A stretch of 64,000 bases of DNA from assembly GCF_000027125.1 (NCBI RefSeq), contig NC_017626.1, one strand, 5' to 3'. Position 1 is the first letter of the stretch. Each line of letters opens with the position of its first letter. Both the position numbers and the translations under genes were made by a program. The notes beneath the pieces are model-generated. The model ran no database searches. It saw only the letters and a list, made by a program, of their open reading frames with translations, and had not been told where the DNA came from. The stretch comes from Escherichia coli 042. GTDB taxonomy: Bacteria > Pseudomonadota > Gammaproteobacteria > Enterobacterales > Enterobacteriaceae. Shown here piece after piece: positions 1-11,470 of this stretch.

Positions 1-99
1 GCAGCAATTGCAGCAGACTGTGATGACTCACGGCTGGATTTACACCGACGCCCAGCTGTTACGCGATGATATTCAAACACTTTTCACGGCAGAACGATA

Positions 100-978
100 T
101 TGACCAAGACGTTACTTGACGGCCCCGGTCGCGTGCTGGAGTCGGTTTATTCCCGCTTTTTAGTGGATTTGGCGCAGGGCGATGATGCCCGCCTTCCACA
201 AGCCCATCAGCAGCAGTTTCGTGAACGACTGATGCAGGAACTTCTTGCGCGCGTGCAGCTTCAGGCATGGACGAACGGCGGCATGTTAAATGCGCCGCTT
301 AGCCTGCGTCTGACATTGGTGGAAAAACTGGCGTCGATGCTGGATCCCGGTCATCTGGCGCTGACGCAGATCGCGCAGCATCTGGCGCTGCTGCAAAAAA
401 TGGATCACCGCCAGCACTCTGCTTTCCCGGAGCTCCCCCAGCAAATTGCCGCCTTGTATGAGTGGTTTTCAGCCCGTTGTCGCTGGAAGGAAAAGGCGTT
501 AACGCAACGAGGCCTACTGGTGCAGGCAGGTGAACAGAGCGAGCAAATTTTTACCCGCTGGCGTGCTGGGGCGTATAACGCCTGGTCGTTGCCTGGGCGC
601 TGTTTTATCGTTCTGGAGGAGTTACGCTGGGGGGCATTTGGCGATGCCTGCCGTCTGGGAAACCCGCAAGCGGTGGCGTTGTTGCTGGGTGATTTGCGCG
701 AGAAAGCGACACAACATCTGGCAGAGAGTATCAATGCGGCACCGACCACGCGTCACTATTACCATCAGTGGTTTGCCTCTTCGACCGTTCCGACGGGCGG
801 GGAGCATGCTGATTTTTTAAGTTGGCTGGGAAAGTGGACCACGGCAGATAAACAACCCGTTTGCTGGTCAGTGACCCAACGTTGGCAAACTGTCGCGCTG
901 GGGATGCCACGACTCTGTTCAGCGCAGCGTTTGGTGGGGGCAATGGTCGAGGAAATCTTCTCTGTAAATTTGGCGTAA
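100..978 (+). CDS. yjcZ: Uncharacterised protein YjcZ-like (292 aa), apparent TTG start
   Basis: Six-frame ORF of 292 aa directly upstream of proP, as in K-12. Codon at 100-102 is TTG; an in-frame stop lies at 67-69. Identity is from synteny and recalled length only. Confidence 0.6.
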   Translation: MTKTLLDGPGRVLESVYSRFLVDLAQGDDARLPQAHQQQFRERLMQELLARVQLQAWTNGGMLNAPLSLRLTLVEKLASMLDPGHLALTQIAQHLALLQKMDHRQHSAFPELPQQIAALYEWFSARCRWKEKALTQRGLLVQAGEQSEQIFTRWRAGAYNAWSLPGRCFIVLEELRWGAFGDACRLGNPQAVALLLGDLREKATQHLAESINAAPTTRHYYHQWFASSTVPTGGEHADFLSWLGKWTTADKQPVCWSVTQRWQTVALGMPRLCSAQRLVGAMVEEIFSVNLA

Positions 979-1241
979 ATAATCAGTTACATCAATGAGT
1001 CCTAAACGAAATCCATATGTGAAGTTGATCACAAATTTAAACACTGGTAGGGTAAAAAGGTCATTAACTGCCCAATTCAGGCGTCAACTGGTTTGATTGT
1101 ACATTCCTTAACCGGAGGGTGTAAGCAAACCCGCTACGCTTGTTACAGAGATTGCATCCTGCAATTCCCGCTCCCCTTTTGCGGCCGTCGCGCTGATTTT
1201 TCTGGCGTTTGCGGAAATGGGCCAACTCTGCGAGGAAAGCT

Positions 1242-2744
1242 ATGCTGAAAAGGAAAAAAGTAAAACCAATTACCCTTCGTGATGTCACCATTATTGATGA
1301 CGGTAAACTGCGTAAAGCCATTACCGCAGCATCACTGGGTAATGCAATGGAATGGTTTGATTTTGGTGTTTATGGTTTTGTTGCTTACGCATTAGGTAAA
1401 GTTTTTTTCCCGGGGGCTGACCCCAGCGTGCAGATGGTTGCTGCACTTGCCACTTTCTCCGTTCCCTTTCTGATTCGACCGCTTGGCGGACTCTTCTTTG
1501 GTATGTTGGGCGATAAATATGGTCGCCAGAAGATCCTCGCTATCACTATTGTGATTATGTCGATCAGTACGTTCTGTATTGGCTTAATACCGTCCTACGA
1601 CACGATTGGTATTTGGGCACCGATTCTGCTGTTGATCTGTAAGATGGCACAAGGTTTCTCGGTCGGCGGTGAATATACCGGGGCGTCGATATTTGTTGCG
1701 GAATACTCCCCTGACCGTAAACGTGGATTTATGGGCAGCTGGCTGGACTTCGGTTCTATTGCCGGGTTTGTGCTGGGTGCGGGCGTGGTGGTGTTAATTT
1801 CGACCATTGTCGGCGAAGCGAACTTCCTCGACTGGGGCTGGCGTATTCCGTTCTTTATTGCTCTGCCGTTAGGGATTATCGGGCTTTACCTGCGCCATGC
1901 GCTGGAAGAGACCCCGGCGTTCCAGCAGCATGTTGATAAACTGGAGCAGGGCGACCGCGAAGGTTTGCAGGATGGCCCGAAAGTCTCGTTTAAAGAGATT
2001 GCCACCAAACACTGGCGCAGCCTGTTGACATGTATTGGTCTGGTAATTGCCACCAACGTGACTTACTACATGTTGCTGACCTATATGCCGAGTTATTTGT
2101 CGCATAACCTGCATTACTCCGAAGACCACGGGGTGCTGATTATTATCGCCATTATGATCGGTATGCTGTTTGTCCAGCCGGTGATGGGCTTGCTGAGTGA
2201 CCGTTTTGGCCGTCGTCCGTTTGTGCTGCTTGGTAGTGTTGCACTGTTTGTGTTGGCGATCCCGGCGTTTATTCTGATTAACAGTAACGTCATCGGCCTG
2301 ATTTTTGCCGGGTTACTGATGCTGGCGGTGATCCTTAACTGCTTTACGGGCGTTATGGCTTCTACCTTGCCAGCGATGTTCCCGACGCATATCCGATACA
2401 GCGCGCTGGCGGCGGCATTTAATATTTCGGTGCTGGTTGCCGGTCTGACGCCAACACTGGCGGCCTGGCTGGTCGAAAGCTCGCAGAATCTGATGATGCC
2501 TGCCTATTACCTGATGGTAGTGGCGGTGGTTGGTTTAATCACCGGCGTAACCATGAAAGAGACGGCAAATCGTCCGTTGAAAGGTGCGACACCGGCGGCG
2601 TCAGATATACAGGAAGCGAAGGAAATTCTCGTCGAGCATTACGATAATATCGAGCAGAAAATCGATGATATTGACCACGAGATTGCCGATTTGCAGGCGA
2701 AACGTACTCGCCTGGTGCAGCAACATCCGCGAATTGATGAATAA
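1242..2744 (+). CDS. proP: Proline/glycine-betaine:H+ symporter ProP (MFS)
   Basis: ORF 1209-2744; N-terminus MLKRKKVKPITLRDVTIIDDGKLRK and C-terminal coiled-coil tail match ProP. Internal Met at codon 12 gives the expected 500 aa. Confidence 0.93.
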   Translation: MLKRKKVKPITLRDVTIIDDGKLRKAITAASLGNAMEWFDFGVYGFVAYALGKVFFPGADPSVQMVAALATFSVPFLIRPLGGLFFGMLGDKYGRQKILAITIVIMSISTFCIGLIPSYDTIGIWAPILLLICKMAQGFSVGGEYTGASIFVAEYSPDRKRGFMGSWLDFGSIAGFVLGAGVVVLISTIVGEANFLDWGWRIPFFIALPLGIIGLYLRHALEETPAFQQHVDKLEQGDREGLQDGPKVSFKEIATKHWRSLLTCIGLVIATNVTYYMLLTYMPSYLSHNLHYSEDHGVLIIIAIMIGMLFVQPVMGLLSDRFGRRPFVLLGSVALFVLAIPAFILINSNVIGLIFAGLLMLAVILNCFTGVMASTLPAMFPTHIRYSALAAAFNISVLVAGLTPTLAAWLVESSQNLMMPAYYLMVVAVVGLITGVTMKETANRPLKGATPAASDIQEAKEILVEHYDNIEQKIDDIDHEIADLQAKRTRLVQQHPRIDE

Positions 2745-2756
2745 GCTGAAACGGAT

Positions 2757-2785
2757 GGCCTGATGTGACGCTGTCTTATCAGGCC
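2757..2785. repeat. REP-like palindromic unit downstream of proP
   Basis: Imperfect palindrome ggcctgatg...cttatcaggcc just after the proP stop, resembling E. coli REP/PU elements. Confidence 0.45.
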
Positions 2786-2855
2786 AATTGAAGTCTTAAG
2801 GTTCACTTAATCTCTGACGCGCATACTCTCCTCCAGGTTAACGGAGGAGAGTGCA

Positions 2856-2945
2856 ATGAAAAACCGTGTTTATGAAAGTTTAACTACCGTGTTCAGCGTG
2901 CTGGTGGTCAGCAGCTTTCTTTATATCTGGTTTGCCACGTACTGA
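2856..2945 (+). CDS. pmrR: 29-aa membrane peptide PmrR-like (not in the supplied ORF track)
   Basis: Manual translation of atg at 2856 gives MKNRVYESLTTVFSVLVVSSFLYIWFATY then TGA. Hydrophobic single-TM peptide located between proP and basS, convergently overlapping the basS 3' end; preceded by hairpin ctctcctcc-aggttaac-ggaggagag. Confidence 0.6.
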   Translation: MKNRVYESLTTVFSVLVVSSFLYIWFATY

Positions 2946-4021
2946 TCTTTCTTCAGCCGTACCCAGGCCCGCGTGCCGGAAGTCTCTTGCCGGTTTTGCA
3001 GGAAAAACTGCCCGTGATGCAACTGTGTAATGCGGCTGACAATACTTAACCCCAGACCAATCCCGCCATAACGGCTGTCCATACGTACAAACGCTTTACT
3101 CAACTCCCCGCATTTACTCTCATCAATACCCGGTCCTTCATCTTCAACGGCCATGACCGCTCCGCCATCTTCTTGCAGCTTAATCATAATGTTGCTGCCT
3201 TGCGGGCTGTAACGATGGGCGTTTTCTACCAGGTTTCGCAATAACATCCGCAGCAGGGTTGCATCACCTTGAACGGTGATGTCGGCGGCGCTCTCTGGCA
3301 ATAGCAGGGTTTGCTGTCGCTGGTCGAGCATGGTACTGAGTTCGTCATACGAGGGGAGAATGACATCTTCCAGCAGTTTTACATGTTGATAATTACCGGA
3401 AGAAAATGACTGTCCGGCACGCGCCAGTTGCAGCAGCTGGGAGACACTCTCCATCATCTGATCAAGCCGTGCCACTAACGGTGCTACATCAATGTGATGC
3501 GTTTTCGCCAGCAGTTCCAGATGCAAACGCACCCCCGCCAGTGGCGTTCGCAGTTCGTGCGCGACGTCAGCGGTAAACAACCTTTCGTTATCCAGCGTGC
3601 TGGTCAGGCGACTGACCAGATCGTTCAACGCCGAAACCACCGCTTCGATTTCGAGGGTGGCGCTGTGAATGGCAATAGGCGTTAAGTTGTCGGCGGTGCG
3701 CGCTTCCAGCTCTTTTTGCAGCTCCGCCAGCGGCCGGGTGATGCGGCGTACCGCCTGATAGCAGATAAATAGCGTCAGGCTGACCATAAAGACGCCGGGG
3801 ACGATCAGGCTGGCGACCGCCTCGCGGATCTCACGCATGATGTGGCGATCGTTGTTGCGATTGTCGCGTAGCGCCTGCTCAAACAGCTGAATCTGCTCGG
3901 TACTTTCATGCCATAGCCAGAAGACGCTGATCAGCTCAAACACCAACAAAATGGCCCCAATGGTCAATATCAGCCGTTGGCGCAGCGATATTGGTCGGCG
4001 CAGAAAACGCATCAGATTCAA
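2921..4021 (-). CDS. basS: Sensor histidine kinase BasS/PmrB
   Basis: ORF with HisKA motif (FTADVAHELRTPLAG) and HATPase region (GGIGLGLSIV), directly downstream of basR. True start may be the Met three codons in (MRFLRRP, coordinate 4012). Confidence 0.92.
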   Translation of the reverse strand: MNLMRFLRRPISLRQRLILTIGAILLVFELISVFWLWHESTEQIQLFEQALRDNRNNDRHIMREIREAVASLIVPGVFMVSLTLFICYQAVRRITRPLAELQKELEARTADNLTPIAIHSATLEIEAVVSALNDLVSRLTSTLDNERLFTADVAHELRTPLAGVRLHLELLAKTHHIDVAPLVARLDQMMESVSQLLQLARAGQSFSSGNYQHVKLLEDVILPSYDELSTMLDQRQQTLLLPESAADITVQGDATLLRMLLRNLVENAHRYSPQGSNIMIKLQEDGGAVMAVEDEGPGIDESKCGELSKAFVRMDSRYGGIGLGLSIVSRITQLHHGQFFLQNRQETSGTRAWVRLKKDQYVANQI

Positions 4022-4690
4022 TTAGTTTTCCTCATTCGCGACCAGCATATAGCCAAATCCGCGCACGGTGCGGATACGGGCTTTGCCCACTTTGTCGCGC
4101 AGATTGTGGATATGCACTTCCAGGGTGTTGGTCGAGGGTTCATTGTCCCAGTTATAGATGTCGTTGTAGAGAATTTCCCGATGCACCGGGCTGCCTGCTT
4201 TAAGCATCAGGCGCGACAGCAGAGCATATTCTTTGGGCGTCAGAATCAGTTCTTCTCCGCTCATCCATACCTGGCGGCGACCCATATTCAGCGTCAGATT
4301 GCCAACAATCAGCTCACTTTCGCCCTGATTATTATGGCGTCGTAGCAGGGCGCGGATACGGGCGTGTAACTCTTCCAGCGCAAAAGGCTTCACCAGATAG
4401 TCATCGGCACCGACATCCAGCCCGGCGATTTTGTCGGTCAGCGTATCGCGAGCGGTGAGGATCAGTACCGGCAGGGTGTATTTTTTCTGCCGGATACGGG
4501 CGAGAAAATGCAGTCCATCTTCGTCGGGTAACCCTAAATCCAGTACCACCAGGCTGTAATGACCGGCCTCAAGGCTTTGTTCCGCCATCCGCGCGGTTGT
4601 CACGCCATCGCACGCGTAGCCTTCGGTTTGCGCCGCCAGAATCAATCCCTGCAATAACAGCGTATCGTCTTCAACAATCAGAATTTTCAT
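4022..4690 (-). CDS. basR: Response regulator BasR/PmrA (OmpR family)
   Basis: 222 aa; [16 protein letters not shown] receiver domain plus winged-helix C-terminus; operon with eptA and basS. Confidence 0.95.
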   Translation of the reverse strand: MKILIVEDDTLLLQGLILAAQTEGYACDGVTTARMAEQSLEAGHYSLVVLDLGLPDEDGLHFLARIRQKKYTLPVLILTARDTLTDKIAGLDVGADDYLVKPFALEELHARIRALLRRHNNQGESELIVGNLTLNMGRRQVWMSGEELILTPKEYALLSRLMLKAGSPVHREILYNDIYNWDNEPSTNTLEVHIHNLRDKVGKARIRTVRGFGYMLVANEEN

Positions 4691-6330
4691 TCACTCACTC
4701 TCCTGCAAGTTTGCAGAATATCATCCGCAGCCTGGTAATACTTCGTCTCAACGCCAGTTAATCCCAATAGCGTGGAGAATAAATTATCTTGTGAATAGTG
4801 TTGCGTTTGCGCCTGTTTTTGCAGGCAGTTCTGGTCAACCTGATACCGTTTTTGATAATCCTCCGACAGCCACAGCAGCATCGGCACCTGTTTTTGGCTA
4901 TCCGGGGCGATGGCATAAGGCAGACCGTGCAGATAGATGCCATTTTCACCTAACGACTCACCGTGGTCAGAAAGATAAACCAGGCTGGTGGTGAATTTAT
5001 CCTGATGTTCTTTCAGCAGATTAATCGCTTTATCAACAATATAGTCGACGTAAACCAGCGTGTTGTCGTAAGTGTTCACCAGTTGCTCTTTGGTACAGGT
5101 CTGGATCTCGTTAGTGTCGCAGGTTGGGGTAAATTTCCTGAACTGCGGCGGATAGCGGTTGTAATAGGTCGGACCGTGGCTGCCGATGGTGTGTAAGACA
5201 ATCACGCCATCACCCTGCAGGTTATTGATGTACTCTTCCAGCCCGTGGAACAGCACTTCGTCATAGCATTCGCCGTTGATGCACTGACCAGGCAGATTCA
5301 GCGCGGTGACGTTCTGGTGAGGCACGCGGTCGCAGGCACCTTTACAGCCGCCATCGTTGTCATTCCACAGCACGTTGATGCCCGCTCGCTGAATGATATC
5401 CAGCACGCCTTCCTGGTGCTGTGCCAGCTCTTCTTTGTAGTGCTCACGCGGCATATCCGAGAACATGCACGGTACTGAAACTGCCGTTGCCGTGCCGCAA
5501 GATGCGGTATTAGGGAAATAGACCACGTTATCTTTTGCCAGCCGCGGGTTAGTTTCACGCGGATAGCCATTGAGGGAGAAGTTCTCCGCCCGCGAGGTTT
5601 CGCCGACAATCAGGATGGTCAAATTTTTACGTTTCTCTTTCTGCATTAATGGGTTGCGGTGCGCGTCTTCACCAATTCGCACCAGCGGCAGATTTGCCAG
5701 TCGCTGATGGGAGTACCATGACCAGCTGGCAACAATGCTGTTAGAGGGGCTTAAGGATTTCACCAGCTCTTTGTTGTTGCGGAACAATGAGGCGTAGTCT
5801 TTATAAAACAGTGCGGCGACCAGCAAAATCAGCAGTACAGACACCAGAATATTGGCTCCACGGAAAAGAACACTGCGCAGGCGCGAGGTGGCAGGTTTGA
5901 TTTTAATCCAGCAGGCAATCAGCGCAGCAAGCACGCCGCTGAATCCCAGCGTTAATAACATTTGCGGCGTCATCAACGCATAACTTTCTGCCGGAGTGGT
6001 ATCAATAATATTGGCAATCATCGAGCGGTCGATGACGATGCCGTAAGTCATTATGAAATATTGTGCAGCCGCGCCGACCAGAATAAACAGGCAGGCCAGC
6101 GGTCGATTAAGCCATAAGAAAGAGCTTAGTGTCAGGACAATATTAATCACGCTGAAGGCGACGACTGGCATCGACAAGAAAACCAGTACGTTATGCAGCG
6201 AGTCCAGCGGCAGCGCCTGCAACACCTGTTTAAAAAAGGCAATATTCAGGCAGATAGAGATATAAAAAGCGGCCAACAATAGCCAGGCGAGTAAATTCAA
6301 AGAGGGTCTTTTTAGTAGGCGCTTCAACAT
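4687..6330 (-). CDS. eptA: Lipid A phosphoethanolamine transferase EptA/PmrC
   Basis: ORF 4687-6375; internal Met ([14 protein letters not shown]) gives 547 aa. Multi-TM N-terminus plus sulfatase-like domain; 4-nt overlap with the basR start. Confidence 0.92.
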   Translation of the reverse strand: MLKRLLKRPSLNLLAWLLLAAFYISICLNIAFFKQVLQALPLDSLHNVLVFLSMPVVAFSVINIVLTLSSFLWLNRPLACLFILVGAAAQYFIMTYGIVIDRSMIANIIDTTPAESYALMTPQMLLTLGFSGVLAALIACWIKIKPATSRLRSVLFRGANILVSVLLILLVAALFYKDYASLFRNNKELVKSLSPSNSIVASWSWYSHQRLANLPLVRIGEDAHRNPLMQKEKRKNLTILIVGETSRAENFSLNGYPRETNPRLAKDNVVYFPNTASCGTATAVSVPCMFSDMPREHYKEELAQHQEGVLDIIQRAGINVLWNDNDGGCKGACDRVPHQNVTALNLPGQCINGECYDEVLFHGLEEYINNLQGDGVIVLHTIGSHGPTYYNRYPPQFRKFTPTCDTNEIQTCTKEQLVNTYDNTLVYVDYIVDKAINLLKEHQDKFTTSLVYLSDHGESLGENGIYLHGLPYAIAPDSQKQVPMLLWLSEDYQKRYQVDQNCLQKQAQTQHYSQDNLFSTLLGLTGVETKYYQAADDILQTCRRVSE

Positions 6331-6378
6331 CACGGTGTTTCCATCGAACAAAGTGCGCATATGCTCGCAAAGCAAAAT

Positions 6379-6412
6379 TAAGCCAACCTTAAGTTCTTAA
6401 GGTTGGCTTTTA
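6379..6412 (-). terminator. Rho-independent terminator downstream of adiC
   Basis: Perfect stem agccaaccttaag/cttaaggttggct with T-run, between the adiC stop and the eptA start. Confidence 0.55.
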
Positions 6413-6433
6413 TGTTTGCTGGATTAAGGGGAA

Positions 6434-7771
6434 TTAATCTTTGCTTATTGGTGCATCTAAGGGATACGGGTTTTTATGCAGCCGGTTGTAATTCAGCGCA
6501 TACATGGCGGTGATGACCATCAGGGTGACAAATGACCACATAACCTCTTTCGCCCCGGACCCCACCACGGCCCAGATGCAGTAGAGGAAGGCAATGGTAG
6601 TAACTGCCAGATATACCGGGCGTGCTTTACCAAAGTGGCCGTGGCCGAGCAGCAGTAACGCCGCACAGGTGTAAAGATATGGCACCAGTGTAAAGATGAC
6701 CGAGACGGAAGAAACCAGACCGAACTCTTTGGTCGCGTTTGGTGAAATGCTGCTGAGCTGGAAGATGGTCATCAAAATACCGACGATAATCAGCCCCGCC
6801 ACTGGCGTACCCGCTTTATTAACACGGGCAAAAATCGGTGGGAACAGTCCGTCATCGGCAGCGGCTTTCGCCGTTTGACCCGCCAGCAACGTCCAGCCGC
6901 CCAGTGAACCTAAGCAACCCGCAGCTGCGCAGAAGGAAACAATGGCCCCGGCGGTGTCACCCAACGCCATCCGTGCGGCATCACCGAATGGCGAGGCAGA
7001 AACGCGCAGTGCGGCATTAGGGATCATCCCCATAATCGCGGTGGTGGAGAGTACATAGCAAACGGCGGCAATCAATACCCCACCAATGGTGGCGATAGGG
7101 ACGTTGCGTTTCGGGTTTTTCACCACACCTGCGGCAACGGAGGCACTTTCCACACCGATGAACGACCACAGCGTAACGTTAAGGGTACTTTGAATTGCAC
7201 CGAAGGTGCCCAGGCCGCTGACGTTCCATGCCGCCATATAGGTTTCACCACGGAACCAGAACCAGCCAAATACGGCAATCCCGACGATGGGGATCAGCGC
7301 CAGCACGGTGGCAACGGCCTGCACGCGGGTGATCATTTTCGGACCGACAATATTCAGCAGGACGAAGATCCACAGCACCACGACGCAGGTGATGGTTAAT
7401 ACCAATGGATCTTTCAGAATCGGGAAGAAGTAACTTAAATAACCTACGCCAATGACCACCATGGCGATATTGCCGATCCAGCAGGCCAGCCAGTAGAGGA
7501 CGTTGGTTTGATAACCGAGAAACGGCCCAAAGCAGCGACGGGCGTAAGCGTAAGAACCACCAGGACTTGGGTCGAGGAACGACATTTTGGCGTATACCAT
7601 CGAGAGCCCCAGCGCACCGATAATCGTCACCAACCATCCATAAATGGCAATCCCGCCAGTGGAGGCCAGGTTTGCAGGTAACAGAAAAACACCTGACCCC
7701 ATAATATTCCCCGACACCATCAGGGTGACGGGGATTAAGCCCACTTTGTGAGCATCAGCATCCGAAGACAT
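6434..7771 (-). CDS. adiC: Arginine:agmatine antiporter AdiC (APC family)
   Basis: 445 aa; [36 protein letters not shown]; 12-TM profile; synteny with adiY and adiA. Confidence 0.95.
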   Translation of the reverse strand: MSSDADAHKVGLIPVTLMVSGNIMGSGVFLLPANLASTGGIAIYGWLVTIIGALGLSMVYAKMSFLDPSPGGSYAYARRCFGPFLGYQTNVLYWLACWIGNIAMVVIGVGYLSYFFPILKDPLVLTITCVVVLWIFVLLNIVGPKMITRVQAVATVLALIPIVGIAVFGWFWFRGETYMAAWNVSGLGTFGAIQSTLNVTLWSFIGVESASVAAGVVKNPKRNVPIATIGGVLIAAVCYVLSTTAIMGMIPNAALRVSASPFGDAARMALGDTAGAIVSFCAAAGCLGSLGGWTLLAGQTAKAAADDGLFPPIFARVNKAGTPVAGLIIVGILMTIFQLSSISPNATKEFGLVSSVSVIFTLVPYLYTCAALLLLGHGHFGKARPVYLAVTTIAFLYCIWAVVGSGAKEVMWSFVTLMVITAMYALNYNRLHKNPYPLDAPISKD

Positions 7772-7907
7772 AATTAAACTCCTGCGAAGGCGAGCTTCGT
7801 GACAATAAATTACGTCATATCATACGCCTGCATTCGATAGTTGAATTATTATCGACCGGGTTATCGCTGATGCCGTTATTAATATAGCTCTTCGTTAAGG
7901 TTAAAAA

Positions 7908-8669
7908 TCAGGCGACAGTGCGTTCTCTGTGCTGACTAACATAATGCAGAGGCGTCATACCGTAGAAGTCTTTAAAGACAGAAATAAAGTACGACGTACT
8001 GTTGTAGCCGCAGGATTGTGATACCTGAGAGATATTTTTACCGTCCATCATTAATTCATTGACGGCATAACGCATGCGGCAGGTGGTGATTATTTGGCTA
8101 TAACTGGTGTTTTCGCTTTTCAGCTTTTTCTTTAACAGACTCGGGCTAAGACATAAACAACCGGCTACCATACTAAGATTCCAGTCTTTGTGGATATCGC
8201 TTTCAATAATTTGATAAACGCTGTCACTTACACAATTACGTAACATATACATCATTAATGAAAGGAATTTTTTACTGTCGAGAAAACGGGATAGCACAGT
8301 GAATAATAATGCACGTGTTCGTTCCTTTTCTGACTCAGTTTCAGCGGGCATCATGCTATGTTGCGCGGCAACGCGAAAGACGTCTGGCGTCAGGCATGGC
8401 AGGGTGAGGATGGGCGTAGCGCTACGTTGCCATACTGGTATTTGCGAGAGATCTTTATTCAGAAACCGGAGGTAATCTTTGATGATGTCGTGACTAATAT
8501 GAGCAACCAAAGTGTTATTAAGAGAGGAGACGTCGATAATATTATTTTCACAATTTAATAACGCCATATGGTTAGCTTTAAGGCTAATAGGTTCTTTCCC
8601 ATTCACCCTTATCCAGACATCTTTTTCAGTCAATAAAACAATACAAGGTTGGTCGCTGCAAATCCTCAT
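7908..8669 (-). CDS. adiY: AraC-family regulator AdiY
   Basis: 253 aa; C-terminal AraC-type HTH; lies between adiC and adiA. Confidence 0.9.
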   Translation of the reverse strand: MRICSDQPCIVLLTEKDVWIRVNGKEPISLKANHMALLNCENNIIDVSSLNNTLVAHISHDIIKDYLRFLNKDLSQIPVWQRSATPILTLPCLTPDVFRVAAQHSMMPAETESEKERTRALLFTVLSRFLDSKKFLSLMMYMLRNCVSDSVYQIIESDIHKDWNLSMVAGCLCLSPSLLKKKLKSENTSYSQIITTCRMRYAVNELMMDGKNISQVSQSCGYNSTSYFISVFKDFYGMTPLHYVSQHRERTVA

Positions 8670-9004
8670 ACATGTACTCCTGAGTGCGAATAAAAGACCA
8701 GTTCTCGCTAAAGCGAAGCGATACCGGGAAATGGTTATATAATTGTATGATGAATATAAACATGCATAAAAATAACGAGTTTTACTAATATTACAAATTT
8801 TTATAGTAATTTCTCATGTACATATTTTTTTACAGGCTAAAAAAAGGATAAATAACAGGCAAAAAAAAGCGCGGGGTGGGACCGCGCAAAAAGCATGACA
8901 TTTTTTGTTTGCAGCAATTTTTATGAAAACGTTGCCATACTTAAAAGGCCTCAAGCCAGGCGGCGTAATGTTATTTAACAATTACGCCTTCAGCGGAATA
9001 GTGG

Positions 9005-11272
9005 TTACGCTTTCACACACATAACGTGGTAAATACCGTCAATAATTTCTGTCCCTTCTGTTTCGTGTTCAAATCCAGGGAAATGATGGTCCCAGGATTG
9101 CAGCGAGCGTAAATAACTTACTTGCGGACTGTTTTTATCGCCGAAGTTTTCACCAGACAGCAGCATCGGGATTCCTGGCGGATACGGGATAACTGAGTTT
9201 GCCGCGATGCGTCCTGGCAGATTTTCAATGGATACCAGTTCGACATTGTTGTCGACAATCGCGTTGTACGCTTCACGCGGGGTGATTTCCGCCACCGGCA
9301 GGCCGGAATAGGCTTCGTTCAACCGTGCGCCAGGGTTGTTTTCTTTCAGCCAGGCAAACATGGTGTCACCCAGATCGTGAATCCCCATGTTCGCGTAAGT
9401 GTCAGGATATTGTTCAACAAGTTCCGGCATCACCTGCGCCAGCGGTGTGTTGGCGTCATAGTGGCGTTTGAAGGAGCAAAGGGTGTTAACCAGAGTCCCC
9501 CATTTCCCACGGGTTATGCCCATAGAGAACAGGAACATGATTTGGAAGTCAGTGGTGCGGGTAGGCACAATGCCGTGGCGACCAAGCCAGGCAGTGACCA
9601 GCGCCGCCGGAACACCGGTTTCTTCCAGTTCACCATCTTCACCCATTCCCGGAGCAAGGATGCTGACTTTAATCGGGTCGAGCATACTCCAGTTATCCGG
9701 AATATCTTTGAAGCCGTGCCAGCTTTCGCCCGGATGCATGACCCAGCAGTCCTGAACGGTGGTCAGCAGTTTGGTTGGTGCGTCAGCAAAGTCATAGGTT
9801 TTGCCGGTTTGTGGGTCGGTGACGACTTCTTTGTTCCACGGTTTGAAGAACCAGCTACCGTCAGCGGTGAACTCTTTATACAGCCGCGCCATCGCCTGAC
9901 GGAAATCAACCGCTTCGTCGATCACTTCCTGGGTCAGTGACAGGCCGCTGTTGCCGTCCATCATCGACACTGCCACGTCGTTGGATGCACAGATGGCATA
10001 CAGCGGGGAGGTGGTGGCATGCATCATGTAGGCCTGGTTGAAGCGGGAGAAGTTAATCGCCCCACGACCTTCACGTACATGAATATAAGAGGCCTGTGAC
10101 AGTGCATTCAGTAGTTTGTGGGTGGAGTGGGTGGCGAAAACGGTAGGACCGTTGTGATCGCCAGGTTCGCCGCGCATGGCATAGTGATCGGCATAGATCG
10201 GGTTGAAACGTGCATAGCCGTACCAGGCTTCGTCAAAGTGCAGACGATCGGAGGTTTTTTCCAGCAGATCCTGCGCTTCTTTAGCGTTATAACACACGCC
10301 GTCATAGGTACAGTTGGTCACTACGCAGTAAGACGGTTTTTGCCCGGCTTTGTCTTTAGTCAGCGGGCTTTCACTGATTTTCTTCTGCAAGGTTTCAGGT
10401 TGCATTTCCTGCGGATAGATTGGCCCGATAATGCCGTAGCGGTTGCGGCTTGGCACCATGTAGACCGGTTTCGCGCCCGTCAGCATCAAGCCTTGTTCGA
10501 TGGATTTATGGCAGTTACGGTCAACGACCACGACATCGTTATCGGTCATGCAAGCCTGCATGATGGTGCGGTTAGAGCCGGAAGTACCGACGACTACCGA
10601 CCAGGAGCGATCGGCACCAAATACGCGTGCGGCATATTTTTCGCTTTCGCCAAATGCGCCAGTATGGTCAAGCAAAGAACCGAGGGAAGTTCGTTCGATG
10701 CCCATGTCGGTGCGGAACAGATTTTCACCATAGAAGTCATGGTAGAAACGTCCGGCGGGTGTTTTGGTAAAACCAACGCCACCCTGGTGGCCTGGCGCTG
10801 CCCAGGAATATTCATGGATGTCGCTATATTTCATCAGCGCGCTGAACAGTGGCGGCAACAGTTGCTGGCGGTAGCGGGTCATCGCGGCAACGGCGCGTCC
10901 GGCGATAAAGTCGGCGGTATCTTCCAGAATCCAGGCGAATTCATCGACAAGCTCCAGCAGATCCCGGTCCATTGCGGCGAGGGCTTTTTCCCGATCGCCC
11001 AACAGGAAGACCGGCACGTTTTGTTGGCGCTCATGAAGCTTACCGATCAATTGTCTGACGTTTTGATGTTCGTCCGGATGTTCCATTTGATAGCTGAACA
11101 TCAGGCAGTCAATGGCTTCGTTTGAAGAGAGAATGGCAAAACCATCATCAAAGGAGGTGGATTTAATCACGGTAACATTTTGCTGGCTTAAAGCATCTGC
11201 CAGACGCTCAACGGCGTTACCGACCCAGGTGTCTTGATGGAGAAACTCGCTTTCAACAATTAATACTTTCAT
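9005..11272 (-). CDS. adiA: Biodegradative (acid-inducible) arginine decarboxylase AdiA
   Basis: ORF of 756 aa starting MMKVLIV; fold-type I PLP decarboxylase motifs (STHKLL); paralogous to the cadA product in this same window. Confidence 0.95.
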   Translation of the reverse strand: MKVLIVESEFLHQDTWVGNAVERLADALSQQNVTVIKSTSFDDGFAILSSNEAIDCLMFSYQMEHPDEHQNVRQLIGKLHERQQNVPVFLLGDREKALAAMDRDLLELVDEFAWILEDTADFIAGRAVAAMTRYRQQLLPPLFSALMKYSDIHEYSWAAPGHQGGVGFTKTPAGRFYHDFYGENLFRTDMGIERTSLGSLLDHTGAFGESEKYAARVFGADRSWSVVVGTSGSNRTIMQACMTDNDVVVVDRNCHKSIEQGLMLTGAKPVYMVPSRNRYGIIGPIYPQEMQPETLQKKISESPLTKDKAGQKPSYCVVTNCTYDGVCYNAKEAQDLLEKTSDRLHFDEAWYGYARFNPIYADHYAMRGEPGDHNGPTVFATHSTHKLLNALSQASYIHVREGRGAINFSRFNQAYMMHATTSPLYAICASNDVAVSMMDGNSGLSLTQEVIDEAVDFRQAMARLYKEFTADGSWFFKPWNKEVVTDPQTGKTYDFADAPTKLLTTVQDCWVMHPGESWHGFKDIPDNWSMLDPIKVSILAPGMGEDGELEETGVPAALVTAWLGRHGIVPTRTTDFQIMFLFSMGITRGKWGTLVNTLCSFKRHYDANTPLAQVMPELVEQYPDTYANMGIHDLGDTMFAWLKENNPGARLNEAYSGLPVAEITPREAYNAIVDNNVELVSIENLPGRIAANSVIPYPPGIPMLLSGENFGDKNSPQVSYLRSLQSWDHHFPGFEHETEGTEIIDGIYHVMCVKA

Positions 11273-11470
11273 CATTGCTTACCCGGTTATGAAGGAATCT
11301 TCGTTGCGGGCAAGTATCTTCCGGCCTTTTCGGGCTGTAAAGCGCGTGAAAAACAAACATTTTTGAAATATTTGTTTTTATAAACAATATGTTATGTGAT
11401 TATTTTAAATTATTTTCACTGCTTATTATCGACGGCTAAACTATTTTTTTGGCTGATACTGATATCGTCT

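Noticed and set aside
10118-11125. 335-aa ORF on the + strand
   Set aside because: Lies entirely antisense within adiA; Gly/Val/His-rich translation typical of a shadow ORF of a high-GC-third-position gene.
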